From positions 186,001 through 250,000 of the forward strand of contig ML978135.1 of the NCBI GenBank assembly GCA_010015805.1: a stretch of DNA of 64,000 nucleotides. The letters run 5' to 3'. The stretch comes from Rhizodiscina lignyota. Taxonomy: Eukaryota. A model generated the notes under the pieces. That model searched no databases, was not told the origin of the DNA, and was given only the letters and a program-made list of their open reading frames with translations. Positions 1 to 11,683 of the stretch are shown piece after piece (positions within the stretch are counted from its first letter, which is position 1; the number at the start of each line of letters is the position of its first letter). A program made the translations under genes and the position numbers.

Positions 1-54
1 CCAAAATCTTCCAACGCCCCACGCATTTCTGCAACGATATCAACCACCATCACC

Positions 55-2062
55 ATGGCTCCGCACATGGAATCACCGCGCGAACGAAATGAACTTGCCA
101 ACGGCCATGGTTACTTACCGCAGGCGCATGTTGATGCCGTCAAGCCTAACATTCTCTACATCATGGCCGACCAAATGGCGGCGCCAGCACTGAAAATGCA
201 CGACCCGTCGTCCGTCATCCAAACACCCAACATCGATTCCCTGGCACAAAGCGGTGTCGTCTTCAACAAGGCCTACTGCCCTTCCCCACTATGCGCTCCT
301 TCTCGCTTCACCATGGTCACCGGACAGCTGCCTTCTAAGATCAGAGGTTACGACAATGCATCTCAACTAAGCTCCGACGTGCCCACATTCTCGCACTATT
401 TGCGCCGTGCAGGCTACGAGACTACGCTAGCTGGCAAGATGCATTTCATTGGACCTGATCAACTTCATGGATGGGAGAATCGATTGACGCCAGACATTTA
501 TCCAGGTGACTTTGGTTGGGCGGTGAACTGGGACGATCCAGAGAAACGATTGGAGTGGTATCACAACATGTCTTCTGTTCTTCAAGCAGGACCGTGCGTT
601 CGCTCTAACCAACTTGATTACGATGAAGACTCAATGCACAAGGTAATTCTCATGCAACCCAACCCTTAGACGAGCCAGGAGCAGCGGCTTGAGAGAGAGA
701 GTCATTTCATTTACTATCTCCTAATCGTCTTCCTTGACGTACTTCAGTCCTGCCTGTATTTCAAAGATCTTCATCTCTCGCCCAACTGCTCCTGGCTCTA
801 CTGAACCTCCCCAGTATCGCCTGCATGCATACTCGATCACGTGCCCATGTGCCCACCAATGTGAGGACGGGACTGATCCCGCATGAGTGCAGAAATCTAG
901 ATTCGAATAATCGCTAACTTCAAGGGAATAGTCAACGCAGTACCTATACGACTATGTGCGCCAGCCACGGGATCAGCAGCGTCCATTTGCACTAACAGTC
1001 TCCTTGACCCACCCGCACGATCCATACGCCATCACTGAGGATCTGTGGGATCAGTATGAAGACGTCGACATTCCTCTTCCAAAGATTAGCGTCAAGCAAT
1101 CCCAGCAAGACTCCCACTCAGTGCGCCTCATGAAGTGCATCGATCTGTGGGACAACCCGATGCCTGAGGAGGCTATCAAGCGTGCCCGCCGCGCGTACTA
1201 TGGCGCTTGCACATACGTCGACAACCAAGTCGGCAAGCTGCTAAAGGTCCTCAAGGACTGCAAGCTTGACAAGAACACAGTCGTCATCTTCAGCAGCGAC
1301 CACGGCGACATGCTCGGGGAGCGCAACCTATGGTACAAGATGAACTGGTTTGAGATGAGCGCACGCGTCCCTCTCATTGTCCGGTATCCCGCGAGATTTG
1401 CGCCACACCGCGTCAACGAGTGCGTTTCGACGATGGACTTGCTCCCGACGCTGGTGGAGCTGGTTGGCGAGAAAGTGCCGACTGAGCTTCCCCTGGACGG
1501 CAAGAGCTTCTACGGCGCGCTTCTCGGCGAGAAGGCGCACGATGAGGTGTTTGGCGAGTACATGGGCGAGGGCACCATCTCGCCCGTCGTCATGATCCGT
1601 CGTGGTCGATACAAGTACATCGCGTCACTAGTTGACGCTCCACAGTTGTACGATATGGAGGACGATCCGCATGAGATCAACAATCTCGCTCCATCTCCTG
1701 AAAACGCTTTTTTGGCGAAGATGTTTGCGGATGAGGTCAAGGCGAAGTGGGACCTGCAGCGCATCCACAATGATGTCCTTCTTCAACAGCGCCAGCGCCG
1801 CGTATGCTGGGAGGCCTTGAGACAGGGCAAGTGGGAGCCATGGGATTACACTCCACCAAACGATGGTGCGACCAAGTATGTGCCTACAACTCAGAGTCAA
1901 ATTGCAAAGGTAATGGTCGACTAACGCGGCGGCAGGTACATTCGCTCCACGCTCACCCTTGACGAGCTCGAGCTCAAGGCACGCTATCCACCAGTCAACT
2001 TCCAGGGCCGGCCAATCATAGTGACCCATCCCCGCAACCAGGCTGGAGCCCTTGGCGAGTAG
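55..2062 (+). CDS. betC: Choline sulfatase (type I, Cys-formylglycine sulfatase); 3 exons 55-642, 932-1875, 1936-2062
   Basis: PNILYIMADQ, sulfatase motif CAPSR, GKMHFIGPDQLHG, LTHPHDPY, SDHGDMLGER; introns 643-931 (gtaatt..gctaac..aatag) and 1876-1935 (gtatgt..ctaac..gcag) join the ORFs in frame to TAG 2060-2062. Confidence 0.93.
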
Positions 2063-3364
2063 GCGTCAACGACAATACGAACACAGCAATATGAGACATG
2101 ACATCCACACGATTAACCATTTAGCTTCTACGATGCCAGCCTTGCAAGCGATTTTTCAAAAAAGGGAAACGAGATTGCTGTTGCTGCGATTCAGCGAATG
2201 CGCGACTTTCTGATTAGAATAAGACTGACGACGAGATGTGGATACTAGGGAGTTTGGGTGATCTGACTTCATCTACTTTCATCTGGAAGGTTCGGAAAAG
2301 AATTTAGGGCTTAGGTTTCTGTATATAACTAAAGGCATTTTATATAAATACATACCTAGGTACCTAGACAACGTGACTACATACTTCCGTGCGTGATTGC
2401 AGATTATCATACTATTCGAGTGCTCAGGTTAGATTACTACTTTAAGTATCTAACTAAAGGCCCAACACTCCCCTCCGCTGCGGGCGGCACCGCGGGCGGC
2501 AGTCTATGGGCTGATATAGGCATACTAATACATATTTCCGCTTCGATATTTCCAGGACATGGAACCATATAAAACGTCTATAGTCCGAAGCTCACTAAAC
2601 TACAGCATCTTGCGATAAAGGATGTTCACTTGATTTGCTCTTTTCCATGTGTCCATTGCAGTTGCCACGGTCGAGCCGTTCGCATCGATCCCTCCCTGGA
2701 GACACGGATTGGGTCGCAGTTGATGTTGTCGGATGGCACCCGGCGAATGACGATATGGGGAGAAGAGCAACGAGAAATCGAACAAGCGTACGGCGTGAGA
2801 TAAGAGTTGCTGCGAGTTGGACTGATTTTGCTTTCTCGTGCTGTACGATAGCCACTTTCCAAACCTTCTGGAGACGAGCTGGTGTCCCTGAGGGGAAAAC
2901 TGTTCCTGATCGTTCCGGGGATCTGCAACGGAGACCAGGGCAAGCCGAAAAAGACGAAAGGTTGGTATCGGCGAGTCCGGTGGATGGTGGGAAGAGGCTG
3001 AAGCATTTCCGTCCCAATTTGGAGGATTTCCCGAGCTCATTCGCGCCGACGCACCTCTTGCATGCGGGGAAACTAGGAAGGCCGGCATGTACCAGATTGT
3101 TTGGGGCTATACTAGGTCCAATAAATCCGGGGAGGAGCAAGGGTCAATGAGGTGTTCGCATGTGATGGAGGCATAGTTGTAAGGTTGGAGGTCTTCCAGA
3201 ATGGACCGATGCCGAGGTTGAAGTTAAGGCATGGCAAATTCAGGGGCATGCCGCGAGAAGAAGCAGGACAAGTTATGAAACTGCTGTGCCTGTTCTATAG
3301 AAACTAAAATCAGGCGAGGATCGGGAAGTGCGTGCACTCGTTCCATGGCTCCTGGAATTGGTTT

Positions 3365-3622
3365 CTAGAGCTGGCTGGCGTCATACTCGGGCTTGACGTC
3401 GAAAGTCTTTGCGGCCCCTTCCTTAGTCTTCGTCTTTTCAGTCCCATCTGTCTCAGCGGTGTACGGATTGGTTGTGATGGTGACTGAATTCGTGCCATTG
3501 ACTGAATCTGGGCCTTCCAATTCCTTCACTTTGCCGGTGGATTTGTCTTCCACACGCTGCTTGTATTTGGTGGCGTCGATGTCCATCTTGGACGCGAAGA
3601 AAATGCGCTTGTTCGACGGCAT
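3365..3622 (-). CDS. Small hydrophilic hypothetical protein (85 aa, ends -SQL)
   Basis: ATG in aaaATG context, coding-like K/T/E-rich composition; no family recognised. Confidence 0.45.
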   Translation of the reverse strand: MPSNKRIFFASKMDIDATKYKQRVEDKSTGKVKELEGPDSVNGTNSVTITTNPYTAETDGTEKTKTKEGAAKTFDVKPEYDASQL

Positions 3623-4059
3623 TTTAGACAATTCTTGTTATAGTTGAAGTCGATTCAGATTCGGAGTGTGGTGTAGAAGGGACGGTAGGGAGTTGAGATG
3701 AAGATCTCTCAGATCTTGTTTATGAGATGAAAAACGTCATCCCGTTCACGAACCGCACCAAAAAGTGGGGCTTCTCGTCCCCTGTTGGGGGATTACGCCT
3801 ATTCCAACATCCGTATTCACATTTTCACGATAGAGACCATGAGGAAGACTTTATGTGTTGTTCTGAGCTTTTCGATTTGCTCATTTGCTTGTCTGATAGA
3901 AATTTTGGTTCACCATTTCCAGGGGTATTCGCTTTCTCATTTCCTTGCGAAGTGTCCGAAAACTTGCCGTAGGCTCTCCATGTCCATATAAATGGTCATC
4001 TTGGGGAGTAATTCCTCCTCTTGATCGGGTGCGAAATCCAAATTCGCTTTCCCTCTACA

Positions 4060-4443
4060 ATGGCGGGGGAAACGTCGCTTTTCGTTTCCAATGTCCTCAC
4101 CCTCCTCCTCACTGCATTCGCAACCTTTTGTTTCCAGGGCCATCTGACAGATCGCTTCACCCCCAGCTTCGCCAGAATGGTAGCGAATTCCATTCATCCG
4201 CTCAATGAGAAGCTTTTCTGGCCTCTCGGCTTGACAGACGAACAATTGAATCTGGTCATGGTAGCAATCAACGTCGTTAACGCAACTACCTTAATTCCTC
4301 GGTCGATGAGGAGCGCCGGATTGTTGGTCAATATGATGTTCTATACGGTTGGTCTAGTCGGTGTGATTAGGACTGAAGAGAGTGTTGTGCCACATTTGGT
4401 GTTGATCTCTATGGCGGCTGTTGGTTGTTGGTTGAGGAGTTGA
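4060..4443 (+). CDS. Small multi-pass membrane protein (127 aa, about 4 hydrophobic segments)
   Basis: ATG at 4060 in acaATGG context; hydrophobic stretches VLTLLLTAFATFCF, LVMVAINVV, LLVNMMFYTVGLVGVI, LVLISMAAVGCWL. Confidence 0.6.
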   Translation: MAGETSLFVSNVLTLLLTAFATFCFQGHLTDRFTPSFARMVANSIHPLNEKLFWPLGLTDEQLNLVMVAINVVNATTLIPRSMRSAGLLVNMMFYTVGLVGVIRTEESVVPHLVLISMAAVGCWLRS

Positions 4444-5660
4444 GATGGATATGGAAGGGAGTCCCTCGCAGCGACTTCACGGAAGACATTTACTACCTCT
4501 CCAATTCGAACTTTGGACATAGTTAAAAGCTTGATGTTTGCCGGAAATGAGAGCTAAAGTGAAGGAAAATGAATTTCTTATATTTGCTCGGCTTGACAAC
4601 TGTTCAGCACTCGCCAGATTGGGCCCGGTCTCGTTGGAGATGGCCCTACATTCCGTCACTAGGAATGGCAGAGAGGCTTTCGAGTGAGAGGGGTTTAAAT
4701 TCCTTGAATGCCCCGATGCCATGATAGGAAGCCATGAATGGTACAACCCTACCTAAAGCAAGGAGATCTCAGTCATGAGAGCTAGATTTGCAACTCGTCC
4801 ACTTGTCAAGTGGCGTCAAAGACGAAGAGTAGTTCGAGATATTCATCGGGTTCGTCACCCTTCTAATAGAATATTTGTGCCTTCTAAAAGGTGAAGAAGT
4901 TCTTCATGTGAGCCAGTGCATTGCTCTTTCGTGCATGTGCAAATACTGATGCATAGTGGCGCTCCCTCTCTCAAGGTCCACGCGGCACAGGCGGGATCCC
5001 GCGGGTGTTCGCATGGTCAGCACTTAGCTTTGGCGAGCATGGTGGCTTCGGAAGACCCAATGCCGGAAAACTGGTACATATGTGCTCTCTTATGTAAAAG
5101 TGGCGTCTGTGAGCACGCGAGCTTGATGTGCAAAAATGGCATCCCAAGTGACAGATCAGGGTGAAGTGGGAGAAGAACGCGGAGACGGAGCAATCGTCCA
5201 GAAGTAGAACAGCTTGCGGGAGAGCGGGATGGCGTGGTGGGCGTGGAACACACGATGCAGACAAAGCGTAGCACATGCGGTGCACAGGACGCTACGATTT
5301 TAGGCAGGCCTGCTCCGATCTTCCAATAGACGGGGGCCCAGGAAGGGCGAAGTTAGGAAGAAGACGGATCAGGCTCCAAAGGTATCCGTCCTAGTCCGTC
5401 CTTGGGAGTGGGATTTTGCGAGAGCAGCGGACGATAATATACGCAAACAGCCTGCCGAGGCAAAAGCGCGATCTAGTGTGGGCGCCGATCGTCCACTGGG
5501 ATAGTTGGTGGTGAAGTTCATGACTCTCGACAGGGCCAGAATCAGGCGCAGAGATCGATTCTTGATTTGCTGGACCTGATTTGGGCCGACGCCGACTCGC
5601 GCGTTGATGCTGGTGGGCATACGGAATATTGTCGTGTCGTCGAAGCCATCTGCAGGTGCT

Positions 5661-5661
<1 letters not shown>

Positions 5662-5695
<34 letters not shown>
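5662..5695. repeat. (GT)17 microsatellite upstream of farA
   Basis: Direct reading of the sequence. Confidence 0.95.
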
Positions 5696-5696
<1 letters not shown>

Positions 5697-5899
5697 CGCT
5701 AGTACGTACTGCTCTCTGCTGCCCCCGCCGAGAAGCTGGGGAAATCACGCCGCCCTGGCCATTTCGTCGACTTCACCATACCTGCCGCCCTGCCTCCGAC
5801 GCCTTATATTCGACAGTCCCGACTTCTCCTCGCAGCTGCTGGACTCGCGCCTGTGTGTGAAGGAGGACTGAGCCGCAACTCCCGAGCGCGTGTCGAAGC

Positions 5900-8800
5900 A
5901 TGGCTTCCGCAGAGAACAGCACCTTCATCTCTACCAGCGTCAATCCGAGCCCCGCTGGAGCAGCAGCAGCAGCAGCGGCGGCGGCGGCCAACGCGGCGAA
6001 CCAACACAGCTTCAGAAGGTGAGCGGAAGCACGCTTGGAATTATATGCAGAGAGCATCAGGCTGACGCAAGGCTTGTTCGCGATTAAAGGCAACGCGCAT
6101 CGCGAGCCTGCGAGGTACGTGTTTCTGTCTTGCGCACTTTGCTCGATGCCTCGGTGCCGAGGCGTGCTGTCCCACTGCGAACCAGTCCCATTCTACACTC
6201 TGTGATTGCGATAATCGCTGACCGGATTTGCCCAACAGACATGCCACGCGCGCAAAGTGAGTAATCGCTGCCAATCGCCTCCTCGTTATCGACGTTGTCG
6301 TCCTAACACGCCTCCGCACAGGTGCGCTGCGACGCCGCTAGTCTGGGCGTCCCATGCACAAACTGCACTGCCTTTGGTATCGAATGCAGGATTCCGACAC
6401 CTAAAAGAAAGAATAAGGGTCAAGGGAAGGATAAAGGCGAAAAGTTAGTGCCACCAACTATGCGACAGGGCGCGTGTTGCGGTACAATGCCGATGCTGAC
6501 CGCCAACCAGTGATGGAGATGTCGACGAACCAACCTCTCCTGTCAATACCTCAGAGTCCCCAGGGGGACTGGCACCTCTCGAAAAGGCTGATCGTATTGG
6601 TCCATATAGCTCACTCAATGGTACGCCAACAACGACCGTATCGGAGGCCTACGCTGCCCAGCAAAACGTGCACAATGGCACATATGTCCAGTTCATGAAG
6701 CCGAAGTTTGCGAGAGCTCCAATTAAAGAAGCTGGAAGAGTAGCCTACCTAGGAGAGTCATCTAACCTCTCTCTACTGGTCCACGATCGCCATGGCACTA
6801 CAGATGTCGTCCATTACCCGCTGCCAGAGAATGTGCGAGGGGCAAAGGCCAGAGTCAATGAGCTTGACAACATGGAAATCGAGATTCTACACCAGAGAGG
6901 AGCATTCTTACTACCACCTCGAGCCTTGTGCGATGAGCTAGTCGAAGCCTACTTTAAATGGGTTGCGCCCGTCATTCCGGTTATCAACAGATCTCGGTTC
7001 ATGCGGCAGTACCGGGATCCTAAAAATCCGCCTTCACTGCTCTTGCTACAAGCGATCCTGCTAGCTGGATCTCGGGTCTGCACCAATCCACAGCTCATGG
7101 ATTCTAGCGGTTCGACGACGCCTGCTGCTATGACCTTCTACAAGCGTGCGAAAGCTCTCTACGACGCAAATTACGAGGATGACCGTGTCACGATTGTCCA
7201 GGCTTTAATCCTAATGGGATGGTATTGGGAGGGACCAGAAGGTATGTGGACAAGTTGCGTATGGAGAGGACATCCTTACTAAACTCAGTCTCAGATGTCA
7301 CGAAGAATGTATTCTACTGGAGCAGGGTTGCCATTGTGGTAGCTCAGGGTTCAGGCATGCACAGAAGGTGGGCAAATGCAAGATGACTTCTTAAGAATCA
7401 TACTAAACTCCAGCCAGTGTTGAAGGCTCTCAGCTTAGCCGATCAGACAAGCGTCTGTGGAAGCGAATATGGTGGACGTTATTCTCCAGAGACCGCTCAG
7501 TAGCTGTCGCACTGGGCCGCCCCGTTGCCATCAATCCAGAAGATTCGGACGTTGAGATGATCTCGGAAGACGACTTTCTCGAGGACGAGACCGATCGATC
7601 TGCTGATTTCACACCAGATCCTGTTCACGTGCAATTCTTCATTCACTATGTCAAATTGTGCGAAATCATGGGCCTGGTATTATCGCAGCAATATTCGGTG
7701 GCATCGAAATTCAGAAGAACAAATGCCATTGATCTCACTCATAGCGATATGGCACTTGCTGATTGGCTACAACATTGCCCGAAAGAAGTATATTGGGAGA
7801 GACCGAGGCACCATTTCTGGGCGGCGTTGCTTCACTCAAACTACTAGTATGATATCCCTCTCAGAGCCCACATCACGCTGTGCTAACCCTTTGATAGCAC
7901 TACTCTCTGTCTCTTGCACCGTGCACATATGCCTCCTGCTGGGTCGCCCCAGACAAACCCAAGCAACGGACTCGAAGAAGCGGCTTACCCGTCTCGAAAC
8001 ATCGCATACCAGGCCGCTGCAATGATCACTTCCATTATCGAAAATCTTCAGGCCCACGATGAGCTACGTTACACACCTGCGTTCATTGTGTACAGCCTGT
8101 TCTCCGCTCTTATCATGCACGTCTATCAAATGCGCTCTTCTAACAAGCAAGTTGTCCACGCCACAGAACAGCGCTTGCAGATATGCATGAATGCTTTGAA
8201 GGAGGTTTCAAAAGTCTGGCTCGTTGCGAAGATGGTCCATACGCTCTTCGAGTCAATTCTTGGAAACAAACATCTCGAAGAACGCCTGCAAAAGGCAGCA
8301 GGCAAGCGGCACAAACGACACAGCACAAAACCGACTACTGGACCTGCGGACGCGCCTGGCAAGGGGCCTGAAGCACCAAAACGCAAATTCGACGACATGG
8401 ACATGGGCTTCTCGAATGGTCCTCCAGCACCACCCGTATCGTACGAGCGATCCCGACCACAGACACCAGCACTAACACCCTCCCGAGAACTCCCCCAGCA
8501 GCAGCCCCACCAATCGCAGGCAAACCAACAAATACCCCAAATGGCCGCCCAATCGCCTCAAATGTCCCGCGCAAATGGCGACACCTTTATGGGCGGCACG
8601 AATTCGCGCTCCAACACCCGGCCCACTACCCCCTTCAACGCCTCCTACTCCTATCCCGGCACTCCACCCGACCTCTTCCTCGTCACCCGCAACTCCCCAA
8701 ACCTCTCCCAGGACGTCTGGCAGAACTTCCAGCCCGACCAGCTCTTCCCCAGCGGCGACGTCGGCACTGGAGGTAGCACGGCTGGCTTCCCGCATATCTC

Positions 8801-9189
8801 GCCTGTGCAGCAGCACGCGCTTGTCGATCCGCAGCTGTCGCAGCAAGGAGGCCGCGGGATGGGACCTAGTCCGGGCTTGGGAGGACAGAGTCAGATGCAG
8901 ACGCCGCAGATGGGGAATGGCGCGCCCGGGTTGCAGGGGATTGATCTGGCGACGGGTTGGCCGGCCGGTATGGAGATGGGTGGAGCAGCTGGGCAGCAGC
9001 CGCCGGGGAGTGAGGAGACGTGGAGTAATAGCAGTAGGGGCGGGCATGTGCCTACCACGCTTAATGTGGAAGACTGGTATGTTTGATCAGTTCTTTTGAT
9101 CTGGAGATTACTGATTTGTGTCCCACAGGTTCAATTTCTTCGGCATCCATGGTGAGGCTAGTGGCCTCAGCGGCCTCAATGGCTTCTAG
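5900..9189 (+). CDS. farA: Zn2Cys6 transcription factor FarA / cutinase transcription factor 1 alpha; multi-exon
   Basis: Spliced N-terminus MASAEN..SFRR|QRASRACE|TCHARK|VRCDAASLGVPCTNCTAFGIECRIP (exons 5900-6018, 6090-6114, 6239-6256, 6322-6443, then from 6511); FMKPKFARAPIKEAGRVAYLGESSNL, fungal TF domain, C-terminal LNVEDWFNFFG; stop 9187-9189. Confidence 0.92.
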
Positions 9190-9691
9190 ACGGTCCACAG
9201 TGTCGAGTTGCTCGAATCTTGCTTTATCAAAAGATTCTTTCTACTGCTGTCTTTGCTATCTCGCGCGCCTCCTGGGCCGCTATCATTCTTCATGAAATCT
9301 ACGTCGAGATGAAAACCTTACCTCACAGCGTTTATCTGGCTTCAGCTTTGCAGGATCTGGCGCTTGTTAGTGACGGCACGACATCAAGTCCGGGTCACAG
9401 AGGGGCATAAGACTGGTTATGTAGTTACGTGCAGACTTTGCGACGCATCCACTCAACTACGAGCTTGCGAGCAGTTGCCGATAAAAAAAATTCCGTACAT
9501 CGCTATGCCTGTCCAACCTTGCCCTGGACTAATAATACCCTCTTTACATAGACGCCGCCCGCCAATACTACCATACCCAATTGCGATATGAAGACGCCTC
9601 CAGACACCTGCTCATCTTGCATCTTGCATCGAACATGCTTGCATACAAGTCCATGCGCTATTATGAGGTCCAATACTACTACTAACGCTCA

Positions 9692-11683
9692 TCAATCAGC
9701 CTTGGCCCTCTCCCCACTCCTGCCCACCCTCCTACTCATCCCCACCGGTGTCTCTGCCCTCGCGCTCGCGCCCACATCCCTCCACCTCCTATCCGCGCCA
9801 CCGTCCAGCAGCACAGGCGTATCGTCGCCCTCCCTCTCGTCCCCGTCACCACCAATCTCAAACGCGTCCGTCAGCTCGATCAGATCGCCCACGCCGCTGC
9901 CCACACCCATGCCCGCGACGCCGAGGTTGATGCCCGACCCGCTGCGCGATTTCGACGTGTTCTTGGCCGATGCCTCCGAGAGGGTGGAGTACGTCCGGCT
10001 GACCTGCCCCGCGGTCCTGCGCACCCACTTCTCCACGCCGGATAGGTTGGCCGCGAAGTTGTTGCCGCCGGCACCTCCCGCGTACGAGCTGTATGCGCCC
10101 GTCTTGAACGTCTCACCGAAGTCGGTGTCCAGGATGCTCGGGAAGGCAGGCGGCGGGTTGAACGTCACGCCCGGCGGCGGCTGCACGTTCGGCAGATGCG
10201 GGCCCAAGATGCGATTCAATGAGTCCGGCGCCGGGCCCGGCGCGAAGTCGTTCAGCGAGCCCACGCCGCCCGGGCCCTGGAGGAAGAGCGCTGGCGGCGC
10301 GAGGGTGCCCACGGATGCGCTGCTCGCGAGGGAGGACGAGCGCGCGGGCCGGTTGCGGATGCGCTCGAGGGAGGCGTGCGTGGCGGACGCGGGGTCGGAG
10401 TGATCGGAGATGAAGGAGGCTCTGTTGTTTGTGGGCGATAGGGGTGGACGGGGGAGGTCGAATGATACTGAAGGCGTGTTGTTCGTGCCGTCGGAGTAGC
10501 AGAGCGATTTTCTGCGCGGAGGGAAGAAGCCTAGGGTGCGGCGTGGCATGCGTGCTATTTCGGTGGGCTGGGAGTCGTTAGGGAGGAGCACCCACGAGTC
10601 GTGCTTCCAGGGTGGGTCGGCGTCATCGCGGTGGGAGGAGGCAGTTGATGAGGGGGGTCCGGCGGAGGGTAGTTGTGTGTCCTTTGGGTCTTTGAGATGC
10701 CATCCGTTTGGGAGCTCGTTTGCCATGGCATTCCCTCCGTTCGAGGAGCCTTCGGGAAGAGGAGACGGCTCGCCCAATTGCAGCAGATCCTCCTCTTCCG
10801 TCGTCGATGCCAACGGTCCCGAGACAGGCTTGCCCTTCACACCACACGCATCGACAGGCAGGACAATCACCTTCCGCGTCTGCACGCTATCGTGCGCCCA
10901 CATGCGATTCGCCTTCCTCAGCACACTCTGTGGCACGTTATACCGAATCGCCAGGCCCTGCATCGTATCCTCCCTCTTCACTCGGTGCAGATACACCAAT
11001 GCTTCTCCATCCCCCTCGCCTTCCTCATCCCCACCGCCAATCCCCCGCTCATTGTTGTGGTCCTCCGAAGTCCGCCTCTTAAACCGCCCGTTTACGTCAG
11101 GAACAGAGTAGCCATCCGCATTCAGCAGATCCTTTCTCTTCCGCGCCCGAACCAGTGCGTCCCGCTCCTCCTTGCTCCCCGCGCCGACCTCCATCTTTGG
11201 CGCGCCAGATGGGCCCCATTGAGCTGGTGGAGCGCTGGTCGTCGTTCGCCGGTGTGCAGACTCGAACGCTTTTCTCTTCCGCCTTGTTGATGTGTCAAGT
11301 TCGCTGCCTAAGACGTTGCTCGCGAGCCCTTGCAAAGCGGTCCAGCTCTTGCCCCACGAGAAAGTATCGTCGCCCCATGCTACTCGTGGTCGACCGTTCC
11401 GCCGTGAAGGTGCATTTGATTCGTCCGCTCTCAGCCCACCATCTGGGTTTTGAGCTTCGAGTGAGGTTGCACGCGAGGGGTGCTTGGTCGGTATCGGGGA
11501 CACTGGTCTGCTGCCGTACGGCGTTCCTCGCGGGCTCGCGACTCGATTGCTCCCATTGCTGCTGGCAAGACTTAACTCCTGTTCATCGTCGAGGCCAGAT
11601 ATGAGTCGACGTGTCCTTGGGCGGAGAGACTGGGACTGCGAGGGAGTGGTGCGGCTCGAGGATGCCACGGAGGGATTATTCAT
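9692..11683 (-). CDS. Intracellular single-LysM-domain protein (663 aa, one exon)
   Basis: LysM motif YLHRVKREDTMQGLAIRYNVPQSVLRKANRMWAHDSVQTRKVIVLP; no signal peptide; flanks low complexity. Confidence 0.85.
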   Translation of the reverse strand: MNNPSVASSSRTTPSQSQSLRPRTRRLISGLDDEQELSLASSNGSNRVASPRGTPYGSRPVSPIPTKHPSRATSLEAQNPDGGLRADESNAPSRRNGRPRVAWGDDTFSWGKSWTALQGLASNVLGSELDTSTRRKRKAFESAHRRTTTSAPPAQWGPSGAPKMEVGAGSKEERDALVRARKRKDLLNADGYSVPDVNGRFKRRTSEDHNNERGIGGGDEEGEGDGEALVYLHRVKREDTMQGLAIRYNVPQSVLRKANRMWAHDSVQTRKVIVLPVDACGVKGKPVSGPLASTTEEEDLLQLGEPSPLPEGSSNGGNAMANELPNGWHLKDPKDTQLPSAGPPSSTASSHRDDADPPWKHDSWVLLPNDSQPTEIARMPRRTLGFFPPRRKSLCYSDGTNNTPSVSFDLPRPPLSPTNNRASFISDHSDPASATHASLERIRNRPARSSSLASSASVGTLAPPALFLQGPGGVGSLNDFAPGPAPDSLNRILGPHLPNVQPPPGVTFNPPPAFPSILDTDFGETFKTGAYSSYAGGAGGNNFAANLSGVEKWVRRTAGQVSRTYSTLSEASAKNTSKSRSGSGINLGVAGMGVGSGVGDLIELTDAFEIGGDGDEREGDDTPVLLDGGADRRWRDVGASARAETPVGMSRRVGRSGERAKAD

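Noticed and set aside
643..931. TPP riboswitch or H/ACA snoRNA call for the sulfatase intron
   Set aside because: No TPP aptamer consensus, and no ANANNA hinge or terminal ACA at the expected positions
2595..3150. Four overlapping 126-181 aa ORFs on both strands
   Set aside because: No recognisable motif or splice structure; cannot tell which frame, if any, is real
9588..10403. 271-aa plus-strand ORF
   Set aside because: Antisense shadow of the GC-rich 3' half of the LysM gene
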